Part shown: piece after piece, positions 1 to 9,212 of the stretch
Numbering within the stretch: the stretch's first letter is position 1
Layout of the letters: the number at the start of each line of letters is the position of its first letter
DNA from: Spirochaetota bacterium
GTDB taxonomy: Bacteria; Spirochaetota; UBA4802; UBA5550
Assembly: GCA_050298055.1 (NCBI GenBank)
Contig: JBNKTL010000009.1
Span: 32,001-96,000, forward strand
DNA length: 64,000 nucleotides
Direction of reading: 5' to 3'
The notes under the pieces: model-generated
The model's database searches: none
What the model was told of the DNA's origin: nothing
The model's input: only the letters and a program-made list of their open reading frames with translations
Made by a program: the position numbers and the translations under genes

Positions 1-704
1 TTCGGGATCAGGGCTATTCCCCTTTTTTTACTCCCGTAATGGTGTATGTGCGGTTCCTCGTGAAATTTAAGGCCAACCCCGTGGCCGCCATAGTCTCTTA
101 CCACCGAGTATCCGAATTGTGACGCATGGGCTTCAATGACATTCCCAATTTCACTTAAATCATTTCCCGGCTTCACCTGTTCGATACCCCTGTAGAGACA
201 TTCCCTGGCGACCTTTACCAGCCTGGCCGCGTTATCAGGTGCTTTCCCCACCATATACATACGTCCGGAATCTCCATAATAGCCGTTAAGAATTGTTGTG
301 ACATCAACATTTAAGATGTCCCCGTTTTTCAGAACGGTTTTATCAGGAATACCGTGACATATGACTTCATTCAGGGAAGTGCAGCAGCTTTTGGGGAATC
401 CGTTATAGTTGAGAGTTGCCGGGACAGCGCCATGACTGACAATATAATTGTGGACAAAATCGTTGATGTCATCGGTGGTGATACCGGGTTCAATAACATC
501 GTTTACCTTATCAAGTATTTCTCTTGTCAGAGCTGAGCTTTTCCTTATGCCGTCTATCTGCTCATCGGTTTTTATAATGATCCCATGTAAAGGTAAGAGT
601 GATTTTCTGCTTCCTTCACCGTTTTTCAGGTCCTCTTCCAGATGGCATTTTTTATACTTTTTGCCGCTGCCACACCAGCAGAGACTGTTACGTGTTAACT
701 TCAT
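1..704 (-). CDS. map: Type I methionine aminopeptidase with N-terminal SEC-C zinc motif (3' end runs off the window)
   Basis: Not in the ORF track; translated by hand from ATG at 704: MKLTRNSLCWCGSGKKYKKCH...GFPKSCCTSLNEVICHGIP...GDILNVDVT...GYYGDSGRM...GHGVGLKFHEEP. GAGGA RBS upstream. Confidence 0.95.
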   Translation of the reverse strand, partial: MKLTRNSLCWCGSGKKYKKCHLEEDLKNGEGSRKSLLPLHGIIIKTDEQIDGIRKSSALTREILDKVNDVIEPGITTDDINDFVHNYIVSHGAVPATLNYNGFPKSCCTSLNEVICHGIPDKTVLKNGDILNVDVTTILNGYYGDSGRMYMVGKAPDNAARLVKVARECLYRGIEQVKPGNDLSEIGNVIEAHASQFGYSVVRDYGGHGVGLKFHEEPHIHHYGSKKRGIALIP

Positions 705-849
705 ATAATGTACACTTCCTCAATTACGCGAATCATGCGATAAAACAATATTTGACATTCTCATAAAAGACATTAATTACAGCCGTCTAGCTGAGCCGTT
801 ACCAATATTTTTACTACATATGTTCAGTGTCAAGCAATACCTGTTAAAG

Positions 850-983
850 GATTACTCCCCAGGCCTGCTTTAAAATCATTATCCAGATAAAACTGTCTTT
901 CCCCCGCTGACGAAGGGAGCGGGGGAAAACTGTTAATCCTTTCATCGTTATAAATATTCTCAACCATTCGGATAAGCCATTAC
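850..983. mobile_element. Degenerate copy E of ~135 bp palindromic MITE-like repeat
   Basis: Hairpin tttcccccgct-N9-agcgggggaaa (898-928) preceded by aatcat...aactg and followed by aaccat...attac, as in the copy at 56206; ATTAC at both ends. Confidence 0.5.
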
Positions 984-1058
984 ATCAAATGTTACAAAGA
1001 ACCGCTCTGCATAAAGAATATAAAGAAAAAAACAGGGAGAAGCAAGGGAATTAAAGTT

Positions 1059-1394
1059 CTATTCTTTAATTTCAAGCATGGCGGATTCCGCGTAGGAGAC
1101 AATGTTTTTCAGGTGAATATAGCTGTCCAACTCCATCTCTTTAAACTTAATCCCGGCACCCTGACCTGATTTCCGTTCAACCACGCCATTAATCCTGAAA
1201 GAAATATCCGTTGTTGAACCGCTGAGATGCAGCTCGACTGTAACATCCGAATCTACATCAACGTCCATGTCAGTAAAAATGAATATTCCCTTGAGACTCA
1301 GGTCCTTTATGGGTCCCAGGGATGACTTGCCATTAACGATAATCCTGGCTTCCGCTTCATATATGACACGCTGATTTTCTCGTTTATTATCCAT
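1059..1394 (-). CDS. Stand-alone PilZ domain protein (c-di-GMP receptor)
   Basis: RxxxR (RENQR) and DxSxxG (DLSLKG) motifs; GAGIKF. Confidence 0.9.
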   Translation of the reverse strand: MDNKRENQRVIYEAEARIIVNGKSSLGPIKDLSLKGIFIFTDMDVDVDSDVTVELHLSGSTTDISFRINGVVERKSGQGAGIKFKEMELDSYIHLKNIVSYAESAMLEIKE

Positions 1395-1408
1395 AAGATA
1401 ATGAGTAT

Positions 1409-1570
1409 TTATCCCTTTTTAACTTTCCGGTAAACAAATCCGCCAAATACGATTGCCAGGACAACTCCCAGGAGAGTTTCAATGACGTGCGGATTACCCA
1501 CCAGTTTCATCCAGACAATAAAAAGGGCAACTCCCGCTCCGATTCCGATTATTTCATCAAGTTTTTTCAT
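1409..1570 (-). CDS. Small 53 aa two-TM membrane protein (below ORF-track cutoff)
   Basis: MKKLDEIIGIGAGVALFIVWMKLVGNPHVIETLLGVVLAIVFGGFVYRKVKKG; two hydrophobic segments and a basic tail; ends 14 bp before the PilZ start. Confidence 0.7.
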   Translation of the reverse strand: MKKLDEIIGIGAGVALFIVWMKLVGNPHVIETLLGVVLAIVFGGFVYRKVKKG

Positions 1571-1706
1571 ACTAAAAGTATAAATATCGGCAAAAATAAT
1601 ACAAGGAATTTTTCATTTAGTGCCGTGAAAAAGCCGGGAATAAGGCAATGAAAAAAATCTTGACTCTTGTATTTTTACGGTTAATAATAAGGCACCGGGT
1701 GAAGAA

Positions 1707-2282
1707 ATGGGAAAGAACGACGGTTCATTAGTTTTCTTAAAAAAACTCCAGATGGCGGAAAAGTTCTGCAACGGCAACACGGAGAAAGCCAAAAAGCTCC
1801 TCAATGGAGAGTTTGATGATATCCTCATCATAAAGGGCCGTTTGAGTGATGAAGAAGAGGAGGTCTTTGGATTGTTTCTTCTTTTTATCAGCCGTGTTTT
1901 TTACAGGGTTGTTGTAAATTTTTTTATTCTGACAAACTATACTGTTGCCCTTCAGTGTAAACCGGCACTGGACTGGAAGACCTTTCTCAACAGGATTGAG
2001 AAGGAGACGCAGAATCCTGAATTTGACTTAAAACTTAACCAGAAGGTAAATGACAGGCTGAAGGAATTGTTAACGATTAAAGAGATTTTCCCCCTGCTCG
2101 AATGGATGGAGAATAACAAGATCCGGGAAATAAAGGAAAAGTTTGAATTGTTGCTGGAAAAGGCCGTCAGGAAGCAAAAAATCGAAGTGGACCTCGAATT
2201 TGAAGATACGACTTCTTTTGTCCTTTACGATAAATGGAAAATAAAACCCCCCGAACCGGAAAAGAAGAATGAGGAGCAGTAA
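1707..2282 (+). CDS. Hypothetical protein
   Basis: 191 aa ORF with normal composition; TTGACT-N17-AATAAT promoter-like sequence upstream; no motif recognised. Confidence 0.75.
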   Translation: MGKNDGSLVFLKKLQMAEKFCNGNTEKAKKLLNGEFDDILIIKGRLSDEEEEVFGLFLLFISRVFYRVVVNFFILTNYTVALQCKPALDWKTFLNRIEKETQNPEFDLKLNQKVNDRLKELLTIKEIFPLLEWMENNKIREIKEKFELLLEKAVRKQKIEVDLEFEDTTSFVLYDKWKIKPPEPEKKNEEQ

Positions 2283-2392
2283 TTAAGTAACAGATTATTT
2301 GTCCTGAAAAACTAATCCTTTTTGCCGCAGAAATTAATACTTTTGGGTAACGAAGATTAGTACCCAAAGAAACATCCAAAATCCCGGTATTA

Positions 2393-2421
2393 TTGACATA
2401 ACTTTTCTTCTATGCTATCAT
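2393..2421 (+). promoter_or_regulatory. Sigma70-type promoter of the signalling cluster
   Basis: TTGACA (2393-2398), 17 bp spacer, TATCAT (2416-2421) with a TGn extended -10. Confidence 0.7.
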
Positions 2422-2500
2422 CAATTGTGTGGGTGTTTAACACAGAGTGTGGATATAAATATTTCTTTATTCATCTTGATCATCTTCCCGTGCAGGAGGT

Positions 2501-3601
2501 TTGCGGATGAAGAGGTTTATTGTTCTCATTTCAATCATTTACTCAATGAGCATGTTGGGATGCGGCCTTCTCAATTCGGGTAAAGAGCCGGTAAAAATTG
2601 CCGCAATCATCAACATGTCAGGGCCCGCGGGGCATATGAAACAGACCGGGGACGGTATCGATCTCGCGGTTGATGAGATCAACAGTACCGGGGGGTTAAA
2701 CGGCCATCCCCTTAAGATCATCTACAGGGACAATAAGAGTAATCCACGGGAAGCAGTGAAGCAGTTCAATGCAGTAGAAAAAGAAGAGAGGCCGCTCTTC
2801 TACATATCCTCATCAAGCTCATGTTCCACGGCCCTGGCCGAATATGCCGAGAAGAACAAGGTCATCGTTGTGGGCCTCATGACATCATCGGATGAATTCC
2901 CCAAACTGAGCCGGTGGGTGGTGAGATATTATTTTACATCAGAATATGAAGCAAAAGCGGCCATGAAGATTATGAAAATGCTGAAAATAAAAACAGTGGG
3001 GTTCTTATACCAGGACGATGAATTTGGCAGGTCCGTGTACAAAGTCTTTTTACAGCAGAAAGATGCCGGGAAACTGAAAATCTATCCTGAACCTTTCAGC
3101 AGCAAAAGTCCTTCACTGACAAAAAATGTAAAGAAGCTCCTCAAAACAGAAGCTCTTTATATAATAACTTTCGGGAAGCGGTACAAGACCCTGATCCCCG
3201 AAATACGCAGACTCAAATACAAAGGCCGAATCATAACCCACTCCGGCGCATCAACTCAACGCATATTGGAGATACCTGAAGCTGAAAAGGTCTATGTAGC
3301 TGCTCCCCTTATTTACAACCCGCATTACTTCTTTGCAAATGAATTCAGCAAGTCTCTTAAAAAGAAATTAAACAGAAAGGTATCCCATTACAACGGGATT
3401 GGTTATGACATCGTCAAATTAGTCATGAACCTGATGACCGGCAGGGAACTGACAAGAATAAATGTGCAAAACAGGCTTACCTCCGGTTTCATCCATCCGG
3501 GTATCTTCGGAGATATCAGGGCAGAAAAAGGAAGCAATGATATCGGGCTTCCTCTCTACCCCGCGCAGATAAACGGGGGCAAATTGCATTATTTAAAATA
3601 A
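2501..3601 (+). CDS. Branched-chain amino acid (LivJ/K-like) periplasmic binding lipoprotein
   Basis: Lipobox MLGC; SGPAG...GIDLAVDEINSTGGLNGHPLKIIYRDNKSNP; YQDDEFG; no ABC permease or ATPase adjacent. Confidence 0.85.
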   Translation: MRMKRFIVLISIIYSMSMLGCGLLNSGKEPVKIAAIINMSGPAGHMKQTGDGIDLAVDEINSTGGLNGHPLKIIYRDNKSNPREAVKQFNAVEKEERPLFYISSSSSCSTALAEYAEKNKVIVVGLMTSSDEFPKLSRWVVRYYFTSEYEAKAAMKIMKMLKIKTVGFLYQDDEFGRSVYKVFLQQKDAGKLKIYPEPFSSKSPSLTKNVKKLLKTEALYIITFGKRYKTLIPEIRRLKYKGRIITHSGASTQRILEIPEAEKVYVAAPLIYNPHYFFANEFSKSLKKKLNRKVSHYNGIGYDIVKLVMNLMTGRELTRINVQNRLTSGFIHPGIFGDIRAEKGSNDIGLPLYPAQINGGKLHYLK

Positions 3602-3606
3602 CGATT

Positions 3607-5535
3607 ATGGAACTTTCAATTCGAAAAAAAATGATCCTGGGATTTTTCATTATTGTGTTCTTTTTTGCAATCATTGTTATCTATTTGCTGAACCAGAGTG
3701 AGAGATCGATAAAAGAATCAATAGGGAATTCCACTGTTGTGATCGCCGAATCCAGGCTCCTGGGTATTATCTCATCAATTTGCAATATCAGCCTTGTGAT
3801 CAAATCAAACAGCAACTGGAAATCCATTAAAGACTTAATAAAAAAATCGAATTTCAAATTTTCACAGATAAAAGACGTACCCGGGTATATGGAGAGAATT
3901 GAAAAGAAACTTCGTTCCGGGGACCCGGCAATCACTTCACTGGTAAAAAAAACGGCACTCAATGAGATCACACGTCACTTCAACAATGAAATTGTTGAAT
4001 ACTATGAAAACAATCACGGTTATAAAACCGTCAGTGATATCCTCATTACAAACAGGTATGGGGCAACTATTGCGGCAACCGGTAAATTGACTGAATACAA
4101 CCATGCTGATGACCCCTGGTGGTCAAATAATAAAGGCAGTGACCTGGCCCTGGCAAAATACGAATATGATTTTCATACCAGTCAATTTGGAATAAACATT
4201 ATTGTTCATATAAAAGATGAAAAGGGCCGCTTTATAGGTGCTTTGAAATCCCAGATTGACATAAGCGGTATAATCAGGGAAACCGACCTGGCTAATAAAA
4301 AATACAGAAGTACATACACCAGCCTTTTGTCAGAAAAGGGAAAACTTATATATTCCACAAGGACTTTCAAACCTGACGAGGACTATACGAAGAAAGATCT
4401 TTACAAATCATTTACTGCCCGGAAGGGTTTTTTTACTCTTAAAGAAGGAAACGTAAGCCGGCTCATCTCGTATGTTAAGGCTGTTGAGAAAGGACATGAG
4501 ATCGGGAACGGGTGGATCATCTTTGTATCACACAATATTGATGAAGTCCTCGAGCCGGTTTTGCTGTTTAAAAAACAGTTTTCCGTGTTATTAATTATTT
4601 TCCTGGTAACGGGAATCGGCATTGCTTTATGGAACATGCGGAGTATCACAAAGCCCCTTGCCAACCTGGTAAAAGACATCGATATCATCAGCAGGGGCAA
4701 CCTCGATCACAGGGTCAAAATCGAATCAAAGAATGAATTCTCCTACCTGGGTGAGAGGTTTAATAATATGCTGATAAACCTGAAAAAAACCGTGCAGGCG
4801 CTGAAAAGTTCAAACAGGGACCTGGAACACTTCGCCTATGTTGCGTCCCACGATCTCCAGGAGCCCTTGCGGATGGTTTCAAGCTATCTTGAACTGATCA
4901 AGAAAAGATATTCCCATGAGCTGGATGATGACGCGGACGAGTTCATTGGATATGCCATTGACGGGGCAAAGAGGATGAAGGTATTGATCAATGACCTTCT
5001 TGTCTACTCCCGGCTTACAACCCGGGGGAAGGATTTTCGTTACTCTGACCTCAACGAGCTCTTTATTGTGGTCTTAAACAACCTGAAATTTTCTCTTACT
5101 GAAAATAACGCTGATATAAGCTGTAATGAACTGCCGAAGATGCACGTTGATGATACACAGTTTATCCAGCTCATGCAGAACCTTATCAGCAATGCCATAA
5201 AATTCAGGAGCGATACAGATCCGGTTATTCACATATCCGCCCGTGAAAAGGAAGATGAATGGGAATTTTCAGTAGAGGACAACGGGATAGGTATCCACAG
5301 GCAGTTTTCCGACAAAATATTTATTATCTTTCAGAGGCTCCATACACGAAATGAGTATCCGGGGACCGGGATCGGTCTTGCCATATGTAAAAAAATCGTG
5401 GAGAGGCACCGGGGAAGGATCTGGTTTGATTCAGTTCCCGGAGAAGGCACAACTTTCTTTTTTACCATAAATAAATATCTCAACTTAACTGATCGTCCGG
5501 GAGGGAGAAATGGAGAAAATAATACTCCTCATTGA
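3607..5535 (+). CDS. Membrane sensor histidine kinase (Cache-like, HAMP, phytochrome-type HisKA/HATPase)
   Basis: Two TMs, HAMP, LEHFAYVASHDLQEPLRMV H-box, NLISNAIKF, DNGIGI, YPGTGIGLAICKKIV. Confidence 0.93.
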   Translation: MELSIRKKMILGFFIIVFFFAIIVIYLLNQSERSIKESIGNSTVVIAESRLLGIISSICNISLVIKSNSNWKSIKDLIKKSNFKFSQIKDVPGYMERIEKKLRSGDPAITSLVKKTALNEITRHFNNEIVEYYENNHGYKTVSDILITNRYGATIAATGKLTEYNHADDPWWSNNKGSDLALAKYEYDFHTSQFGINIIVHIKDEKGRFIGALKSQIDISGIIRETDLANKKYRSTYTSLLSEKGKLIYSTRTFKPDEDYTKKDLYKSFTARKGFFTLKEGNVSRLISYVKAVEKGHEIGNGWIIFVSHNIDEVLEPVLLFKKQFSVLLIIFLVTGIGIALWNMRSITKPLANLVKDIDIISRGNLDHRVKIESKNEFSYLGERFNNMLINLKKTVQALKSSNRDLEHFAYVASHDLQEPLRMVSSYLELIKKRYSHELDDDADEFIGYAIDGAKRMKVLINDLLVYSRLTTRGKDFRYSDLNELFIVVLNNLKFSLTENNADISCNELPKMHVDDTQFIQLMQNLISNAIKFRSDTDPVIHISAREKEDEWEFSVEDNGIGIHRQFSDKIFIIFQRLHTRNEYPGTGIGLAICKKIVERHRGRIWFDSVPGEGTTFFFTINKYLNLTDRPGGRNGENNTPH

Positions 5536-5923
5536 AGACAATCCCACAGACGCCGCACATGTTAAAGAAGCCCTGAAAGATTGCGGGCTCTCATACAGAT
5601 TGTATACGGTTACGAACGGTGAAGACGCGTTATCAAAATTAAACTCAAAAGACTTTATCAGGCCCTCCCTGATCATCCTGGACCTTTTCCTGCCCGGGTT
5701 AGACGGCTGGAAAATACTGGAGTGCCTGAAGTCCGATTCTTCCCTGAGAACGATTCCCGTATCAATATTGACTGTGTCCGGAGAGCAGTCTGATATAATC
5801 AGAGCATATAAAAATATGGCAAACTGTTACATCGTGAAGCCGCCGGATCCCGGCCAATACAGGGATATATTGCAATCTCTCTGCCGTTTTTGGTTTGAGA
5901 CGGCCAGGCTGCCTGAATTCTGA
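5510..5923 (+). CDS. Single-domain response regulator (Rcp1-like)
   Basis: LIEDNPTD, LDLFLPGLDG, ANCYIVKP, FWF C-terminal motif. Confidence 0.9.
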   Translation: MEKIILLIEDNPTDAAHVKEALKDCGLSYRLYTVTNGEDALSKLNSKDFIRPSLIILDLFLPGLDGWKILECLKSDSSLRTIPVSILTVSGEQSDIIRAYKNMANCYIVKPPDPGQYRDILQSLCRFWFETARLPEF

Positions 5924-5941
5924 TGATTAAAGGAGAAGTCT

Positions 5942-6352
5942 ATGGAACCGATCAACATTTTACTGGTGGAAGACAACCCGGGGGATATCAGGCTGACCCA
6001 GGAAGCACTCCTGGACAGCAAGATCAGGAACAACCTTGAAATTGCCATGGACGGGGAGCAGGCATTGAAAAAACTGCAGGAGGAGGGCTACAGGCCCGAT
6101 GTTATCTTCCTGGACCTGAACATGCCCCGGGTGAGCGGACGGGAGGTCCTGGTGGACATCAAATCCGATCCCGAACTGAAAAAGATCCCCGTTGTTATAC
6201 TGACAACGTCTCAGAATGAGGAGGATATCCTTCACTCATACAATAACTACTGTAACTGCTATATTACGAAACCCATAGACCTGGAGCAGTTTATCAAACT
6301 GGTACAATCCATTGATAATTTCTGGTTCTCTATTGTTAAGCTGCCCACATAG
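5942..6352 (+). CDS. Single-domain response regulator (Rcp1-like)
   Basis: LVEDNPGD, LDLNMP, IPVVILTTS, YITKP, FWFSIVKLP. Confidence 0.93.
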   Translation: MEPINILLVEDNPGDIRLTQEALLDSKIRNNLEIAMDGEQALKKLQEEGYRPDVIFLDLNMPRVSGREVLVDIKSDPELKKIPVVILTTSQNEEDILHSYNNYCNCYITKPIDLEQFIKLVQSIDNFWFSIVKLPT

Positions 6353-6360
6353 AAAAGGAC

Positions 6361-7713
6361 ATGGGAAAGACAAAAGTTGAAATACTCATTATCGAAGACA
6401 ACCCGGGGGACGCCCGGCTGATAAGCCTGCTCCTGGAAGAGTGTTTTGGGAATATCTGCGAAGTCATTCAGTGTGAAAAACTGGGTGACGGGATCAGTAA
6501 GTTAGTCGCTCATAAGCATGACCTGGTCCTTCTCGACCTGAATCTCCCTGACAGTAACGGGCTTAACACCCTGAAAAAATGCCTGGAACCCGGATTTAAC
6601 GTACCTGTAATTATCCTTACGGGCCTTGATGATTATAAAATTGGATCGGAAGCCATAAAGATGGGGGCTGAAGATTTTCTGGTCAAGGACAACCTGAATC
6701 ACCAGATCATACAGAAATCCATATTCTATTCCATAGAACGGTTCAAAATTAAGAATGAACTGAAGATTAAATCCGATGAAGTGGAACAAAAAAGAAAGCA
6801 GCTGGACCTGATCCTCAACAAGATGTTTGATGCTGTTCTCATAATTGATGACAAGGGGATAATCCGGTATCTCAACAATTCGGCCGTAAAGCTTTTCGGG
6901 CATGATACTGCTGACCTTCTCAATACGAAGTTTCCCTCCTTTGACAATTCCCGGGGGTTGAGTGAGATCCGCATCCAGAACGGAAATAATTCCACCGGTG
7001 AAATGCATATCTCCGAAATAAGGTGGGAAGGGGAAACCATGTCTATCGCCACTATCAGGGACATTACCAAGCGTAAAAAGTCCGAAGAACTGATCAAATC
7101 ATCACTGAGAGAAAAAGAGATCCTCCTGAAAGAAATCCATCACAGGGTGAAGAACAATATGCAGATCATCTCAAGCATGCTCTGGCTCCAGCAGAGGAAC
7201 ATTATCAATGAACAGGACAGGATGTATTTTAATGACAGCAGGCACAGGATCAAGGCCATGGCCATTATCTATGAAAAGCTCTACCAGTCGGATAATTTTG
7301 CCGAGATTAACTTCTTTGGATTTATTGAGGTCCTGATAAATGAACTCAGGGCATCCTATAATCTGGGGAAAAATATTGAATTTGATTTGAATTCCGGTAA
7401 AGTCCTTATTGATCTGAATATTGCCATACCCCTCAGCCAGATCGTAACCGAACTTATTACCAATTCAATCAAGTATGCCTTTCCCGGTAACAGAAAAGGT
7501 GTAATAAAAATTGAATTCAGAGAAAACGGTCATGAATACTACCTGCATATCGGTGACAACGGTATCGGGCTTCCCGAAGGTTTTCAATACCCGGGGACGG
7601 AATCAATCGGTCTGACCCTTGTTGACGCGTTAATTCAACAGATCCACGGAAATTTGGATTATAAAAGTGAGAATGGGACTCAGTATGAGATAACTTTTGT
7701 AAATGGGAAATAA
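6361..7713 (+). CDS. Hybrid receiver-PAS-HisKA_2 histidine kinase
   Basis: N-terminal REC, PAS, EIHHRVKNNMQ, ELITNSIKYAF, DNGIG. Confidence 0.92.
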   Translation: MGKTKVEILIIEDNPGDARLISLLLEECFGNICEVIQCEKLGDGISKLVAHKHDLVLLDLNLPDSNGLNTLKKCLEPGFNVPVIILTGLDDYKIGSEAIKMGAEDFLVKDNLNHQIIQKSIFYSIERFKIKNELKIKSDEVEQKRKQLDLILNKMFDAVLIIDDKGIIRYLNNSAVKLFGHDTADLLNTKFPSFDNSRGLSEIRIQNGNNSTGEMHISEIRWEGETMSIATIRDITKRKKSEELIKSSLREKEILLKEIHHRVKNNMQIISSMLWLQQRNIINEQDRMYFNDSRHRIKAMAIIYEKLYQSDNFAEINFFGFIEVLINELRASYNLGKNIEFDLNSGKVLIDLNIAIPLSQIVTELITNSIKYAFPGNRKGVIKIEFRENGHEYYLHIGDNGIGLPEGFQYPGTESIGLTLVDALIQQIHGNLDYKSENGTQYEITFVNGK

Positions 7714-7716
7714 AAT

Positions 7717-7864
7717 GTTACGACTCATTTCTCTGGGTAACAATAATGTATTTATAAAAAATATCAATACTATGCCCCCGCCGCCTTGGCGGCGGGGGCA
7801 TATCAGTTTTGTTTTTTAATGAATATGATCTTTTATATAAAGCAGGAACAATAAACTGAGTTAT
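7717..7864. mobile_element. Copy A of ~135 bp palindromic MITE-like repeat
   Basis: gttacgactca ... tatgcccccgccgcc-tt-ggcggcgggggcata (7771-7802) ... tcagttttgttttttaatgaatatgat ... aactgagttat; aligns with copies at 13653 and (reverse) 56206. Confidence 0.8.
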
Positions 7865-9212
7865 GGCTGATAAAAAAAAGGTGCTCATTGTTGAAGATTC
7901 ACAGGTTGTGGTGCTTGAGCTCATGGAGAGACTGAAGAGTAAGGATTATGAGATTGTCGGTTCTGCCGCCACCGGGGAAAGAGCCATTGAACTTGCCCGT
8001 GAAAAGGGCCCTGATCTTATCCTTATGGATATCATGCTTGAAGATGATGTAAGCGGTATAGAAGCAGCCGGTGAGATCCAGAAATTCTCCGATGTGCCGG
8101 TCATATATACAACGGCTTATTCCGACGATGAGACCCTGAACGATCTGGAAAAAACCAATCCCTACGCGTATCTCAAGAAACCGTATGATGACAGGGAGCT
8201 CTCAACGGCCATCACCCTGGCCCTTGACCGGTACGAAAACGCGAAAAAACTCAAGGCAAGTGAACAGAAGTACAGGTCGCTCTTTGATAACTCCAGAGAC
8301 GCAATCTATATTACGGATAAAAATGGCAGGCTCCTCAATACGAACAGGTCATTTACCGAGCTTTTCGGTATCAATTCGGGGAATCCCGGGGAACAACAGA
8401 TCTCGGATATTTTCCATAATACGGATGATATGCTGAACCAGCAGCTGGACATGGATGAGCAGGGATTTTCACAGGACCAGATCTTTGAGATGATCGCCGG
8501 GGACAAAAATCTCATCCAGTGCCAGGTAACGTCATCAAAGCTGTTTAATGAGGAAAATGAACATACAGGTTACCAGGGAATTATCAGGGACGTAACGTAT
8601 ATCAGCAACTTTATTAAAAGCCAGCATGATATGATCCTGAAAATGGTTGAGGCCCTTGCTCATGTTGTGGAAGCCAGGGACCCTTATACTGCGGGCCACC
8701 AGAGACGTGTAGCGGCCATTTCAAAGATGATCGCCAGAGAGCTGGATTTCCCCGACGACAGAATTGAGAAGCTTGAAATGGCCGCCATGATACATGACCT
8801 GGGGAAAATCCGGGTTCCCGCGGAAATACTGACGAAACCCACCCGGCTTGATCACAATGAATACCAGATAATACAGATGCATCCCCGGGTTGGCTACGAT
8901 ATCATCAAGGAGATTGATTTTAACTTCCCCCTTGCTGATATCATCCTCCAGCACCATGAGAGATGTGACGGTTCCGGGTACCCCGGCGGATTGAAGAAAA
9001 ATGAAATATTAATGGAAGCAAGAATTATTACCGTTGCCGATGTGGTTGAAGCAATGGCATCGCACAGGCCTTACAGGGCGTCCCTGGGTCCCGGTAAAGC
9101 AAGGGAGGAGATAAAATCCAAGGGGGGGAGACTCTATGATCCGGATGTGGTCGGGGCCTTTTTCCGTGTATTTTATTCGGATGAAGAACTGGTAGAAATC
9201 TTAGAGTTATGA
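7863..9212 (+). CDS. Receiver-PAS-HD-GYP cyclic dinucleotide phosphodiesterase
   Basis: REC, PAS, RDPYTAGHQRRV, HDLGK, HHERCDGSGYP, SHRPYR; all motifs intact. Confidence 0.93.
   Translation: MADKKKVLIVEDSQVVVLELMERLKSKDYEIVGSAATGERAIELAREKGPDLILMDIMLEDDVSGIEAAGEIQKFSDVPVIYTTAYSDDETLNDLEKTNPYAYLKKPYDDRELSTAITLALDRYENAKKLKASEQKYRSLFDNSRDAIYITDKNGRLLNTNRSFTELFGINSGNPGEQQISDIFHNTDDMLNQQLDMDEQGFSQDQIFEMIAGDKNLIQCQVTSSKLFNEENEHTGYQGIIRDVTYISNFIKSQHDMILKMVEALAHVVEARDPYTAGHQRRVAAISKMIARELDFPDDRIEKLEMAAMIHDLGKIRVPAEILTKPTRLDHNEYQIIQMHPRVGYDIIKEIDFNFPLADIILQHHERCDGSGYPGGLKKNEILMEARIITVADVVEAMASHRPYRASLGPGKAREEIKSKGGRLYDPDVVGAFFRVFYSDEELVEILEL

Noticed and set aside
354..708. + strand ORFs 354-536 and 448-708
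   Set aside because: Antisense to map.
2283..2500. c-di-GMP riboswitch ahead of the signalling cluster
   Set aside because: Only a tttgggta/tacccaaa hairpin, which lies upstream of the promoter; no GEMM-type motifs seen.
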